Made by a program: the position numbers and the translations under genes. A stretch of 64,000 bases of DNA, taken from the NCBI GenBank assembly GCA_002269645.1, contig NIVC01002971.1, positions 62,001 to 126,000 on the forward strand, given 5' to 3'. This DNA is from Macrostomum lignano. Taxonomy: Eukaryota. The notes beneath the pieces were generated by a model that saw only the letters and a list, made by a program, of their open reading frames with translations, was not told the origin of the DNA and searched no databases. Of the stretch, positions 13,031-25,934 are shown in pieces. The first letter of the stretch is position 1, and every line of letters starts with the position of its first letter.

Positions 13031-14800
13031 TTAAGAAGCTTTCAGTGGTGCGGTAGTTTCCTTTCCGAATGCGTCTTCAAGGGTTTCTCTTTGTGGAACA
13101 GCGATTTCTTCTGCTGCTCCAGTCCGTTGAGTCAAAAACGATTTGTTCCGACGTAGTAGCTTTCCTTGTTCATCGCGAACTATATAAGAACGGTCATTCA
13201 CTCTCATGTGCACTTCTGCTGGCTGCCATCGTCGTGTTGATTCTTGCATCCAAACCTTTTCTCCACAACCAAATTCTCTCCTCTCCTTAGATCCACGGTT
13301 GTAATATTCTTCGGCCTTGTTCTGCTGGTCCTTTAGCTTCTGCAGTACTTTCCTGAACATGACCTGTCTAGGAATTAGATCTGCTTTTGGGATCGGCAAA
13401 TCATAGCGCAGTTTGTGTCCAAAGACTAGCTCAGCGGGTGATGGCATTCCATGCTCGATAGGAGTGTTCTTGTAATGCAGCAGTGCCATGTGCTCGCCTT
13501 CATTGCTCTTCAGAACCTTCTTTAAAATATTCTTGATCGTTTGAACGCCTCTTTCCGCTAATCCGTTGGACTGGCTGTACTTCGGCGATGATGTAGCATG
13601 CTTGAAGCCGTACTCTTTCGCGAAACGACCAAATTCTCTTCCCGAGAATGGAGGTCCATTGTCAGATCTTAAAATCTCGCAAACTCCATAGGTCTGGAAA
13701 TACTTCTTTAGTTGGGGAATCACAGAGGCAGCTGAAGTATTGTTGATCTTAGCGTATTCGATCATCCGACTGTATTTATCAACATATATCAAGAAATTCT
13801 TCCCGTCAATATGGAAAATATCCGTGCCACATTCCTGAAATGGGTAGTCCGGTAGGCACTGAGCCACCATCGGTTCCTTCTGTGGCTTTCTTTGGCTTTC
13901 CTGGCAGGCAATGCACGCTGAAGTCATTTCTTGAATATCACATGTAATTCCAGGCCAGTAGACGCTCTCTGACGCCTTTAAGCTTGCCTTCACAATTCCA
14001 GGGTGTCCAGTATGCAGCTTCTGTAGCACTTCCATTCTCATTGAGTTTGGAACGACTATTCGGTTCTTCATCCAGATCAGATTGCCATGCGCAGTCAGAT
14101 CATGTCTGACGTTCCAGAAACAACGAAGCTCAGTCACGAGCTGGCTTCTGTGGTGAGGCCAACCAACACCGATGATCTCAGCGAGTTGTTGCAGTGTTGA
14201 GTCCTTTGCCGTTTCATTTTCCAGTTTCTGCATCAGTTCTGGGAATCCAACCGACATTCTAACACCGAGCACGTGACCTTCGATGTCATCTTCGAGTTGT
14301 TTAGAGGCATGTACGTTCTTTAAGAAAGCGCGGCTTAGAGTGTCTGGAATGTGCAAGTCTTTACCGGGAACGTATATAATGTGCAGGTCGTACTTCTGAA
14401 CTAGTAGCATCAGTCTCTGCAATCTTGCTGTAAGAGTTGAAATTGGCTTCCGGAAGATGTTCTCTAGCGGCTTGTGGTCGCTCTCGACCGTTACCTTGTG
14501 TCCCCAGACGTACTGGTGGAATCGCTTGCAGCCAAACACAATAGCCAAAAGTTCCTTTTCGATCTGAGCATACTTCCGTTGGGATGGCGTCAGTGATGAC
14601 GAAGCGTATTCCAGCGGGTGTCCATCTTGCAGGATAGTTGCTCCGAGACCGTGTTGACTAGCATCGACTGACAGAGTAAGTGGTGCATTCGGGTTATAGC
14701 GAGCTAAGACTGGTGCGTCGCAAAGACTCTGCACAATTGATTCGTACGCTTTTTCGTGTTCATTTGTCCAGTTCCACTGAGCATTCTTCGTCAGCAATGT
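13031..14800 (-). pseudogene. gypsy pol: RT thumb/RNase H/integrase portion
   Basis: LSVDASQHGLG, YAQIEKELLAIVFG, ESDHKPL (RNase H); HHCC zinc finger (LHTGH...CIAC); DDE motifs GTDIF, RSDNGP, SNGLAERGVQ. Confidence 0.95.
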
Positions 14801-15624
14801 AACGATATATACCGATTTTTTTCGGCAGCAATTGCGTAAGCTGAAGCCGCGTAGCGGCTGAAGCTTAGTAGAGCAATTGCTGCCAAAAAAATCGGTACAT
14901 GTCATTATTGTACCCTTTTGACTTCCCTTGTCTATGGCCCAGACATAGTGCGGATGCTGAGTATGAAATGCGATTGTTGCCGGAATGCGCTTTGAAAGGG
15001 TTGTAGAGATAATCAATCGTCTATGGCAAATTTAGTTGCTCTCTAAATGAAAGGGTTGTAGAGATAATTAATCGTTTATGGCAAATTTAAAGGACAGTGA
15101 AGACAGCTAGCCTGGCTGCCATGAGTTAATTCTCAAGTTGATTTTGAGCTTGAATTAATTCTCCTATTCGGAGTGCAAATAGGAAAAGTAGCTATGATTC
15201 GCTACGCAAACATTCCTGGCGGAGAAATATGTGGACTCTCCACGGACGAGTTGGCTTTTGTCACCCGAGAGTCGAGCACGCGCTACGTTCTGGAGATGGA
15301 CAACCTGGATGCGTCGTCCAGTTCCAACGGGCTGCCTGAGCTAGGTAGCGAAGATCTGGAAATGTTGGACCGACTTGAGAGTGACTCAGTGCCGAAATCG
15401 ACCGAGACGCAACGGAAGCTTCACGTGGCAAGGTTCCGACAGTTCCTCAACGAGAAGGGGCTCTGCCAGGAGTTTGAGCGTGTTCCGGATCGATTTTTGA
15501 ACGATTATCCTTGTTTTGATAGCCAAATACATTCGTCTGAAATCCGGCAACAATCGAAAAAAGCCGACAAACAATTAAATTGTTACCGCAAGTATGAATG
15601 CCGGAAACCATAGACAAAAGGGAA
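14801..15624 (+). mobile_element. Non-autonomous, internally deleted Crypton-like (tyrosine recombinase) element inserted in gypsy pol
   Basis: Flanked by direct repeat CAATGT (14795-14800 and 15625-15630); removing the insert and one repeat restores PLRTLLTKNAQW. ORF 15173-15613 aligns by eye to the N-terminus of the YR at 53084 (NIPGGEICGLSTDELAF vs NLPCEDLGNITQDELNF; ARFRQFL...LNDY vs QRFRDFL...LNQY). Confidence 0.8.
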
Positions 15625-17390
15625 CAATGTGCGTAGCGGTGCTGCTTTAGATGACAGATCCGAAATGAATTTGGACAAAAAATTTGCACATCCTAGAAAT
15701 CGCATAAGTTGCTGCTTTCTCTCATTGCCGGATAGAGTATCTGGTTGGGGCATATCGCGCATTGCTTTTACTTTGTCTGGGTCGACTTTAATTCCGGTGT
15801 GCGAAAGTATGTTGCCGAGGAATTTCAACTCCTTCAATCCGACTTTCCGCTTTTTATAATTCAGGCGCAAATTCTTCGCACGGCACATTTCCATAAGCTG
15901 CTTCACAGCTTCATCGTGTTCTTCAACAGTCTTGCCCCAAACAATGAAGTCGTCAATAAAATTGTTGCAGTTTCTGATCTTGTCCAAGATCTCCTCCCGA
16001 ACTCGCTTCTGGTAGACTTCCGATGCGGAACAAATTCCATAGGGCATTCTCAGCCAACGATATCGTCCAAAAGGTGTGTGAAAGCACGTCATCAACGAAC
16101 TTTCATAATCCAATGCAATCTGGTGAAAACTCGCAGTCGCATCAAAAGTTGAGAACAGAGCAGCGTTTCTGATTTCTGCAATAATTTCGTCATAAGACGG
16201 TATCTGATACTGCTCTCTCATTATGTTGGCATTCAGATGCTGAGGGTCTAGGCAAAGACGTATAGTCTTGTCTGCCTTTTAGACGACGACCACATTTGAA
16301 ACGTACTTCGTGGGCTCATCACACTTGGTGATGAGTCCATCCGAAACCAGGCGATCTAATTCAGCCTTCAAAGGTTGCATTGCTGCAAATTCTTTGTCAT
16401 CGCGCAGGCTGATGTGATAACTCCCAGGTAAGCAACCTGTTCCTTCAAAGACATTGGGATACTCTCGAAGAAATCTTTCATCTGTCCACGTGGACTTAAA
16501 CCCTTCAGGTTGAACAGAAACTCCGAAGTTGAATTTCACCAGGCCTATCTCTTCTGCAGTTTTCCATCCGATGAGTGGAATGAGCCTCTCTTTAATCACA
16601 ATAAATTCATTTTCATGCTTGACTCCTTCATATTCCAGTTTCAATTGTACCTTCCCTGCGACTGTTAGGCGCGACCTTTTATAGCAAAAGAGTCTACAAG
16701 ACGTTGCTTGTATCGACGTGTTTGGTGCAATCTGCCTAAGCAGATGTTCAGGGAGTACATTTGCATCCGCTCCTGTGTCGCATTTGCAATTCACCAGCTG
16801 ACCTTCGATTTTGATACCAACAGTTGTTCTACTATCTCTGTCGTTGCCACCCGGTCGCAGAGATGCTGACATGACCCACGAATCTTGACGATCAGATTCT
16901 GAGCTTTCATTTGTATTTCGATCCAAGGCTCTTACGGTCTTATTCCGACAAACGTTGCTGAATTGGTTTTGCTTTCCGCAAGATTTGCACGTCTTGCCAT
17001 ATGCAGGGCATGAACCTTTCTTGTGTTTCTTACCACAGAATGAGCAACCCTCCAACTTTCCTACCATCGGCTTTCCATTGGACCCAAACCTTTTGTTCGG
17101 TCGTCTCTCCTTGTACTTGAGATCTGGTCTGCCTGTTGAGCGAGGCTTCACAACAGAATTGACTTCTTTCTGGATGTATTTCGAAATCTCTCCGGAGGTG
17201 TTTCCCGTCATGATCCGCACTTGGGTCTTTGATGATTCACTTGCACGGCAGATAGATATAGCCTTATCTAGCGTCAACTCCTGCTCACGTAGAAGCCGTT
17301 CTCGCAACTCTGTGTCTCTGATTCCGAGGACTATCTGATCTCTGATTATTGATTTGTTCACCGTCAATTCGTAGGCTGGCTTCTCGCTTG
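15625..17390 (-). pseudogene. gypsy gag C-terminus (zinc knuckles), protease and reverse transcriptase, with an in-frame TAA at 16279-16281
   Basis: IRDQIVLGI, CSFCG...H...CPAYGKTCKSCGKQNQF, protease CDTGAD; reading VVVV*KADKTIRLCLDP; FHTPFGRYRWLRMPYG, FIDD. Confidence 0.93.
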
Positions 17391-20109
17391 CAACACACAT
17401 ACACACAGACAAACATCGCGTCAGTTTTAGTGTTAGGAGATATATATATATATATATATATACAATATTATGATAATTAAAAAGTGCACACAAACCATTT
17501 TAGTATAATGGATTCAGTTAAATACTATTTAAATCTAAAACTTATATAGCATTTATTATAAAAGCAGCTTAATTTAACATGTTTAAAAGTTTTACATAAA
17601 TTATAGGTAAACAACTCAATTGGTTTTTGGAAAAATCTTATTTTACATACTTGTTTATATAGGGGAAAAAGTATTTAATTTAAGAATAATAATAGTCCTA
17701 TTAGTATTTTCAATATAAGAGAAACTATCATAAAAAAAGAGATCATTATTATAATTATGACTTGGTATAATTACAATACACATGTAAATATTTGTTAATC
17801 AAACTTGCAGTGCCAAATTTGATTTCTATATATGTTTTAAATTGTCATTATATATAATACTATATATTTAATATATATACGTTGTTATATAATATATATG
17901 TATAATTATAATGTATCTAGATGGCATATAAATAGAACATATTTTCTCAAAAAATATTGACTTTACAAGAAAATATAATAGAATATTGAGTTTATTTAGG
18001 ATAAAAAAACTTATATATACAGTTGTTTTGTTGTTTCATTAGAGGCCTTTAAAATTAAAGCCTTTTTGTCATAAATTCATTTTGTTATTAAGTTAAATAG
18101 TAGGAAAGCATAGAGTCTATATGATTTTTAAGTTTTAATTGAGTGAGATGAATATTCTAGGACAATAATTTGATTTCTTCCTGAATTAAGTCAAAATGTA
18201 TCAGTAAAGAAACTTTTTTTCTCAAGTTAAGTGTTCTAAAGAAAAACCATACTATATATATTATATATTAAAAAAGGATTAATGAGCTGTGTTATCATCT
18301 ACCTTAGGCCTACTTTGAACTTTTGAGTTTAAAGCTGAGTATAGTCAAAATTGTTTAATGATGATTTGATGACCAAATGTGCAAAACTTAAACATTTAAT
18401 GTGATGACTTCAACCAAAACTAAAAGCAAGGGCATCAATATTATAAGATCAATTTATAGCATACAAAACAAATCTGAATTAATTTTAGCGCCCTAGCCTA
18501 GCCTGGCAATAAAATATTTGAATTAGAATACAAGCTTTTTGTTTTAATTTCTCAGATTGTTGCAGCTATAGGCCTAACTCTCCAAGTTGCAGCTATAACT
18601 AGATACATTATTTATTATTATAATACATTGTTTTTTTAATAAAATAATCGCTCCTTTATAATCGCTCCTATAATATAGCTGAAGAATGACGTTATATAGC
18701 TCATATATAAAAACAAATTATGTAGGTGCAATTAACAGGGTAGTAGTTACCCATACTACGGCATATCTATAGTTAGTCAAGATGCAATACTTGAATCTAA
18801 GAAAGCCAATTACTTTTAATTTTCATTATTTTTTACTACCACGATATAACAATTACTTTAACTGTATTAAATAAAAAGCTTTAATTTAATGCTATTAGCT
18901 ATGTATTACGTTTTTAAAACAGTATAACTTTATATTACCAGTCTAAACTATCTCAAATTTACATTACTCTAGCTTGTGACTGCGGGCCCTTTTGATCGCT
19001 GGCCTGACACTTGGTGGCGCGTCCTCAGTGGGCGAAGCCAAAGTAGTAGAGAAGGACAGAATACACCCACACAGAAGCACCATTCGATCACTCGAAGCAG
19101 CTCAAAGCAATTTGGAAGGTCTTCTTTTTTGACTGGCCTAGGCTACAGTAATTACATGTAAGGCCGCAGACGCACGTGTGTACATGTACACACGTGCACC
19201 AAAATTTTTTTTGGAACATGCGGCTTACTCGTTAGTTTCAGAGTCAAGCAGCGGTGTAGAAGTTTTCGCTTTCTAGGATTTTGATGCTCCAGCTCTATAG
19301 CTATCTGAATCGACGTACGGACCATGCAGCTCCGATCCATGAGCTTACCCCGAACTGCAATATGGTACTGTAACATTAATTAATTGGTAGTAGTAAGAAG
19401 TAAAGGAAGGTGCGTGCATGTCCATGTACCGTGGACATGTACCGTCTGCTTCACGTAAAGCAGTATAAGAGAAACTTCTGTTGGTTCAACCCTAAACAAC
19501 AATTTGAGTCAACTTCTATAATTCCTCACCGATTCCACACTAGCGGCCCCAAATTATACTGATGAGGACGCACTTTTTTCCAAATCCCGCGCTAGCACAT
19601 GGGCTCTAAACTTATTTGCCTACTAACAGTGGGCAATGGGCATTTTTATCCTTTTTCTGCGAATTTTCATAGAATCTATACTAGATATAATGTCTGGCCA
19701 TACTACTAGTAGTCATAATAACATAGGCTCAGCTTTTTGGGTCATAAATCATCGCTTGCGAAGCTGGTCTGACAGCCACCTGCGCCTCACTCAGTGTTGA
19801 GGCGGGCGCCAGATGGTCTGAGAGGATGCGGGCGGTAGCTTTTTTTCAGAGCCTATTGTTCGTGTTCACTCAAGCGTGTGACAGCTTTGACAGCTATGCG
19901 TTTTACCCCTAAAAGTACCTTGGGATTAGCGATTAGCGATTTCTCTTCATTATCTTCACTTTCTATTTAATAAGAGCTTTCTAATGTATATTTTTTCATT
20001 AATTTCTGTCAATCCTACGCGAAAGGTCATAAATCATTTTGTTGCGATTTTGAGTGATTTATGGCCGCACCTGTCATCTTTTTACGACCCTGTGGGAACT
20101 GATAGGATC

Positions 20110-20260
20110 TCTCGGTCACGTGATTCTGGGTAGCAACAAGCTTAGCCAATCAGAAAATTCGGCGCTCATTTTAACAAAACGGCTCAGCCAATCAGAATCG
20201 ACGTGTTCCATTATAACAAACTGCGGTCCAGTTGGCGGCTATTTAAACCGGAGTTTTTGG
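20110..20260 (+). promoter_or_regulatory. Pol II promoter-like module: TCACGTGA, two AGCCAATCAGAA boxes 42 bp apart, CTATTTAAA TATA-like box (copy at ~28654-28804)
   Basis: Motifs at 20116-20123, 20144-20155, 20186-20197 and 20239-20247; no downstream gene recognised. Confidence 0.45.
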
Positions 20261-22509
20261 CCCGCTCGGACTCAACTTTGGCTCGGGCCCAGCGCGCAAC
20301 TTCTGGTTCCCAGAGCACGACCGTCGTTTCTTAATCCCCGGATTGCGACTTCCCCCATCATCATCAAGGACGAGTCCCCGGTCGACAGCAGCGAACATCA
20401 AGCAAAGATCATCACCTGCTAGCTAACAGCGAAGATTGTGACGGCATCATTCCGAATCTACAGCTGCAGAGCATCGAGCCGATTCGGTCGCTGTGGATTA
20501 CCTGGTCTCCGGCTGTTGAGTTTCTGATTGGTTGGGTGAGAGGCTACCTAGACTTGCTTGATTGGGTGATCCCTTGTCTGTCCCCTGTTGCAGTAGCTGA
20601 ATTAGGCGCACACTTTTGCTCATTTTGTTCAGTGGTGCTGTTACTGAGGCAGAAATCATTCAATAATACTGCCAGTAGTCTGAAACTCCAATTCGATCCG
20701 AAGTGTGAAGTGATCTAAGGAGAAGGTTAAATCTGACAGTTATTTTTATCGGTTTTAGTTCTTTGTTCGCCGATGGCTCAGATGAGTAGCTAAGCTAGTA
20801 GGCGCCGGTCACAGTGGACCAATGGCAAGGCGGTTCTCAGTCGATCAATCAATCAAATCAGTGAGCAAAACTGCCAGAAGTGCAGAATCGGCGCCAGAGA
20901 TGTACTTTGTGCACTCTAGGTTAGCCAAGCGGCTCGGGTAATGAATCATGCGGTCTCTGAAGTTCGAGTTAGTCTATCATCAGCGCTATGAGAGGCTAGT
21001 TGGCGCGTTGAAGGCCAAAAGTACATATCTTCGTATTTAGCAATGTAATAGTACATGTAGCTACCCCATAGACTCGCCACTGCAAGAATCCCCTGCACAA
21101 GTCCCCTCTGTACCTGCATGGCCAATGCGATCTAGTCCCAGCAGTGTCCCTTATCATCGGCTATGACTTCGAGATTGACAGCAAAAAGACACTAGTTGGC
21201 AGGTAAGTGCAAAGCCCCTTCTAGTCGGAAGCCCGATTTCGAGAGTCCCGGTGTGGTGAGCCAGGGCGTACGGGCTGGTGGCAGCAAGTTAGTTGATCTG
21301 CGGATTAGCTAATTTCTACTTTCAAAATTCTCCCTGCTCATCTCTCGCTGTCCCTCTCTTAGCTATAGGACCTAGACTGCTCGCCACACGATCAAGCTAC
21401 CATGGGGCTGACCATCTGACAGGAGTGGGGGCCAGGTCTCTAATTGATTTATTTCTGAGCCTGAGGCTCGAAGGCTTCCCTAACAAGGAGCCCGAAGGTC
21501 GAAACCCATCAATACATTTACATGTACATGTAGCACATAATTTATCAAATTGCGCAGTCATTGTGGGAGTCATTCAATATCAGTGTAGGTTTTGCAAGTG
21601 ACTTTTTCCAGCTTTGGAACAAATGAAATTCTCACCCAAATCCCGCAGCTGCCTTTGATATGATCCCGACTCCACAATCGTACATGTACATGTAAAAAAC
21701 CCATGCACTGTGCCCTTCTCACCTGTAGCTAGCCTTTTTATTAGAGCCAGGGGGCTGTGTGCACCCTGCCACACTAATTTAAGCGAGATTCAAATGGTAA
21801 TTCATCAAAACATTATAGTTAAGACACGTCAGTCCCGGCAGTTGCGGGGGACACATGAAGTTGCCCAAAAGTTCACCAAAGCAGTCACACATTGACGCAT
21901 ACATACGACAGCATGTGCAGTCGGCATTACATGTACACCAGAGCACAACACGGTAAAGCAACCTCCCAAGAAATTCTATCATAGAAATAGTACAAAATTA
22001 CCAAAATTAGCAATTGACGGGAAATTTATCAAAGCACAGCAATAATTCGAAAATTGTTTTACCTTTGTCTACAGCAAGACCATAGCTAAATTGCAACAGT
22101 ACTCAAAGTAGTATGTGGTCTACATGTATATACATTTGGAGAAAAACAACACGGCTTCACACTAAATAATTGCATGCATTTTCGAATTGCTTCCCCAAAC
22201 ACGATTAATGACGAATCTATGCATGAAAAATTGCAGAGCACCGCAAGCACGCGCATCCGTGATGACAGAGAGCACTTTCCTGGAGCTCCTTTCGGCAGAA
22301 AAAACAGTGCAAAACATTCTGTGGCCTTGGCCTTCAATTACAAGGAATTTGTTCGCATGAAGTGAAAACAGAAAAAAGTAGTGCCTGAAAATTTAAAAGG
22401 AGGACTAGCTTCATGACCTTAATGAGAATTGCTCTATTAAGCTGCATCTGACAACGGATCAATGGCGTCAAGACAGACAGACCGACACTAAGACACATAG
22501 ACAGGTAGT

Positions 22510-23400
<891 letters not shown>

Positions 23401-24168
23401 GCGGCTTCAGCTTACGCAATTGCTGCCAAAAAAAATCGGTACATGTCATTATTGTACCCTTTTGACTTCCCTTGTCTATGGCCCAGACATAGTGCGGATG
23501 CTGAGTATGAAATGCGATTGTTGCCGGAATGCGCTTTGAAAGGGTTGTAGAGATAATCAATCGTCTATGGCAAATTTAGTTGCTCTCTAAATGAAAGGGT
23601 TGTAGAGATAATTAATCGTTTATGGCAAATTTAAAGGACAGTGAAGACAGCTAGCCTGGCTGCCATGAGTTAATTCTCAAGTTGATTTTGAGCTTGAATT
23701 AATTCTCCTATTCGGAGTGCAAATAGGAAAAGTAGCTATGATTCGCTACGCAAACATTCCTGGCGGAGAAATATGTGGACTCTCCACGGACGAGTTGGCT
23801 TTTGTCACCCGAGAGTCGAGCACGCGCTACGTTCTGGAGATGGACAACCTGGATGCGTCGTCCAGTTCCAACGGGCTGCCTGAGCTAGGTAGCGAAGATC
23901 TGGAAATGTTGGACCGACTTGAGAGTGACTCAGTGCCGAAATCGACCGAGACGCAACGGAAGCTTCACGTGGCAAGGTTCCGACAGTTCCTCAACGAGAA
24001 GGGGCTCTGCCAGGAGTTTGAGCGTGTTCCGGATCGATTTTTGAACGATTATCCTTGTTTTGATAGCCAAATACATTCGTCTGAAATCCGGCAACAATCG
24101 AAAAAAGCCGACAAACAATTAAATTGTTACCGCAAGTATGAATGCCGGAAACCATAGACAAAAGGGAA
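23401..24168 (+). mobile_element. Duplicated copy of the Crypton-like derivative, lacking the left hairpin arm
   Basis: ORF 23717-24157 is identical to 15173-15613; same right junction (CAATGT at 24169-24174). Confidence 0.8.
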
Positions 24169-25934
24169 CAATGTGCGTAGCGGTGCTGCTTTAGATGACA
24201 GATCCGAAATGAATTTGGACAAAAAATTTGCACATCCTAGAAATCGCATAAGTTGCTGCTTTCTCTCATTGCCGGATAGAGTATCTGGTTGGGGCATATC
24301 GCGCATTGCTTTTACTTTGTCTGGGTCGACTTTAATTCCGGTGTGCGAAAGTATGTTGCCGAGGAATTTCAACTCCTTCAATCCGACTTTCCGCTTTTTA
24401 TAATTCAGGCGCAAATTCTTCGCACGGCACATTTCCATAAGCTGCTTCACAGCTTCATCGTGTTCTTCAACAGTCTTGCCCCAAACAATGAAGTCGTCAA
24501 TAAAATTGTTGCAGTTTCTGATCTTGTCCAAGATCTCCTCCCGAACTCGCTTCTGGTAGACTTCCGATGCGGAACAAATTCCATAGGGCATTCTCAGCCA
24601 ACGATATCGTCCAAAAGGTGTGTGAAAGCACGTCATCAACGAACTTTCATAATCCAATGCAATCTGGTGAAAACTCGCAGTCGCATCAAAAGTTGAGAAC
24701 AGAGCAGCGTTTCTGATTTCTGCAATAATTTCGTCATAAGACGGTATCTGATACTGCTCTCTCATTATGTTGGCATTCAGATGCTGAGGGTCTAGGCAAA
24801 GACGTATAGTCTTGTCTGCCTTTTAGACGACGACCACATTTGAAACGTACTTCGTGGGCTCATCACACTTGGTGATGAGTCCATCCGAAACCAGGCGATC
24901 TAATTCAGCCTTCAAAGGTTGCATTGCTGCAAATTCTTTGTCATCGCGCAGGCTGATGTGATAACTCCCAGGTAAGCAACCTGTTCCTTCAAAGACATTG
25001 GGATACTCTCGAAGAAATCTTTCATCTGTCCACGTGGACTTAAACCCTTCAGGTTGAACAGAAACTCCGAAGTTGAATTTCACCAGGCCTATCTCTTCTG
25101 CAGTTTTCCATCCGATGAGTGGAATGAGCCTCTCTTTAATCACAATAAATTCATTTTCATGCTTGACTCCTTCATATTCCAGTTTCAATTGTACCTTCCC
25201 TGCGACTGTTAGGCGCGACCTTTTATAGCAAAAGAGTCTACAAGACGTTGCTTGTATCGACGTGTTTGGTGCAATCTGCCTAAGCAGATGTTCAGGGAGT
25301 ACATTTGCATCCGCTCCTGTGTCGCATTTGCAATTCACCAGCTGACCTTCGATTTTGATACCAACAGTTGTTCTACTATCTCTGTCGTTGCCACCCGGTC
25401 GCAGAGATGCTGACATGACCCACGAATCTTGACGATCAGATTCTGAGCTTTCATTTGTATTTCGATCCAAGGCTCTTACGGTCTTATTCCGACAAACGTT
25501 GCTGAATTGGTTTTGCTTTCCGCAAGATTTGCACGTCTTGCCATATGCAGGGCATGAACCTTTCTTGTGTTTCTTACCACAGAATGAGCAACCCTCCAAC
25601 TTTCCTACCATCGGCTTTCCATTGGACCCAAACCTTTTGTTCGGTCGTCTCTCCTTGTACTTGAGATCTGGTCTGCCTGTTGAGCGAGGCTTCACAACAG
25701 AATTGACTTCTTTCTGGATGTATTTCGAAATCTCTCCGGAGGTGTTTCCCGTCATGATCCGCACTTGGGTCTTTGATGATTCACTTGCACGGCAGATAGA
25801 TATAGCCTTATCTAGCGTCAACTCCTGCTCACGTAGAAGCCGTTCTCGCAACTCTGTGTCTCTGATTCCGAGGACTATCTGATCTCTGATTATTGATTTG
25901 TTCACCGTCAATTCGTAGGCTGGCTTCTCGCTTG
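24169..25934 (-). pseudogene. Duplicated gypsy gag-PR-RT fragment
   Basis: ORFs 24127-24765 and 24823-26037 are identical to 15583-16221 and 16279-17493, including the premature stop. Confidence 0.93.

Larger units (their letters stand above)
12621..17390 (-). mobile_element. Decayed Ty3/gypsy (Mag-like) LTR retrotransposon, 5'-truncated within gag, interrupted by a Crypton-like insertion
   Basis: Order gag-PR-RT-RH-IN on the minus strand, followed by PPT and LTR. Confidence 0.93.

Noticed and set aside
15086-15100. TTAA-AGGACAGTG resembling a Kolobok terminus
   Set aside because: No matching inverted end found within the insert or nearby.
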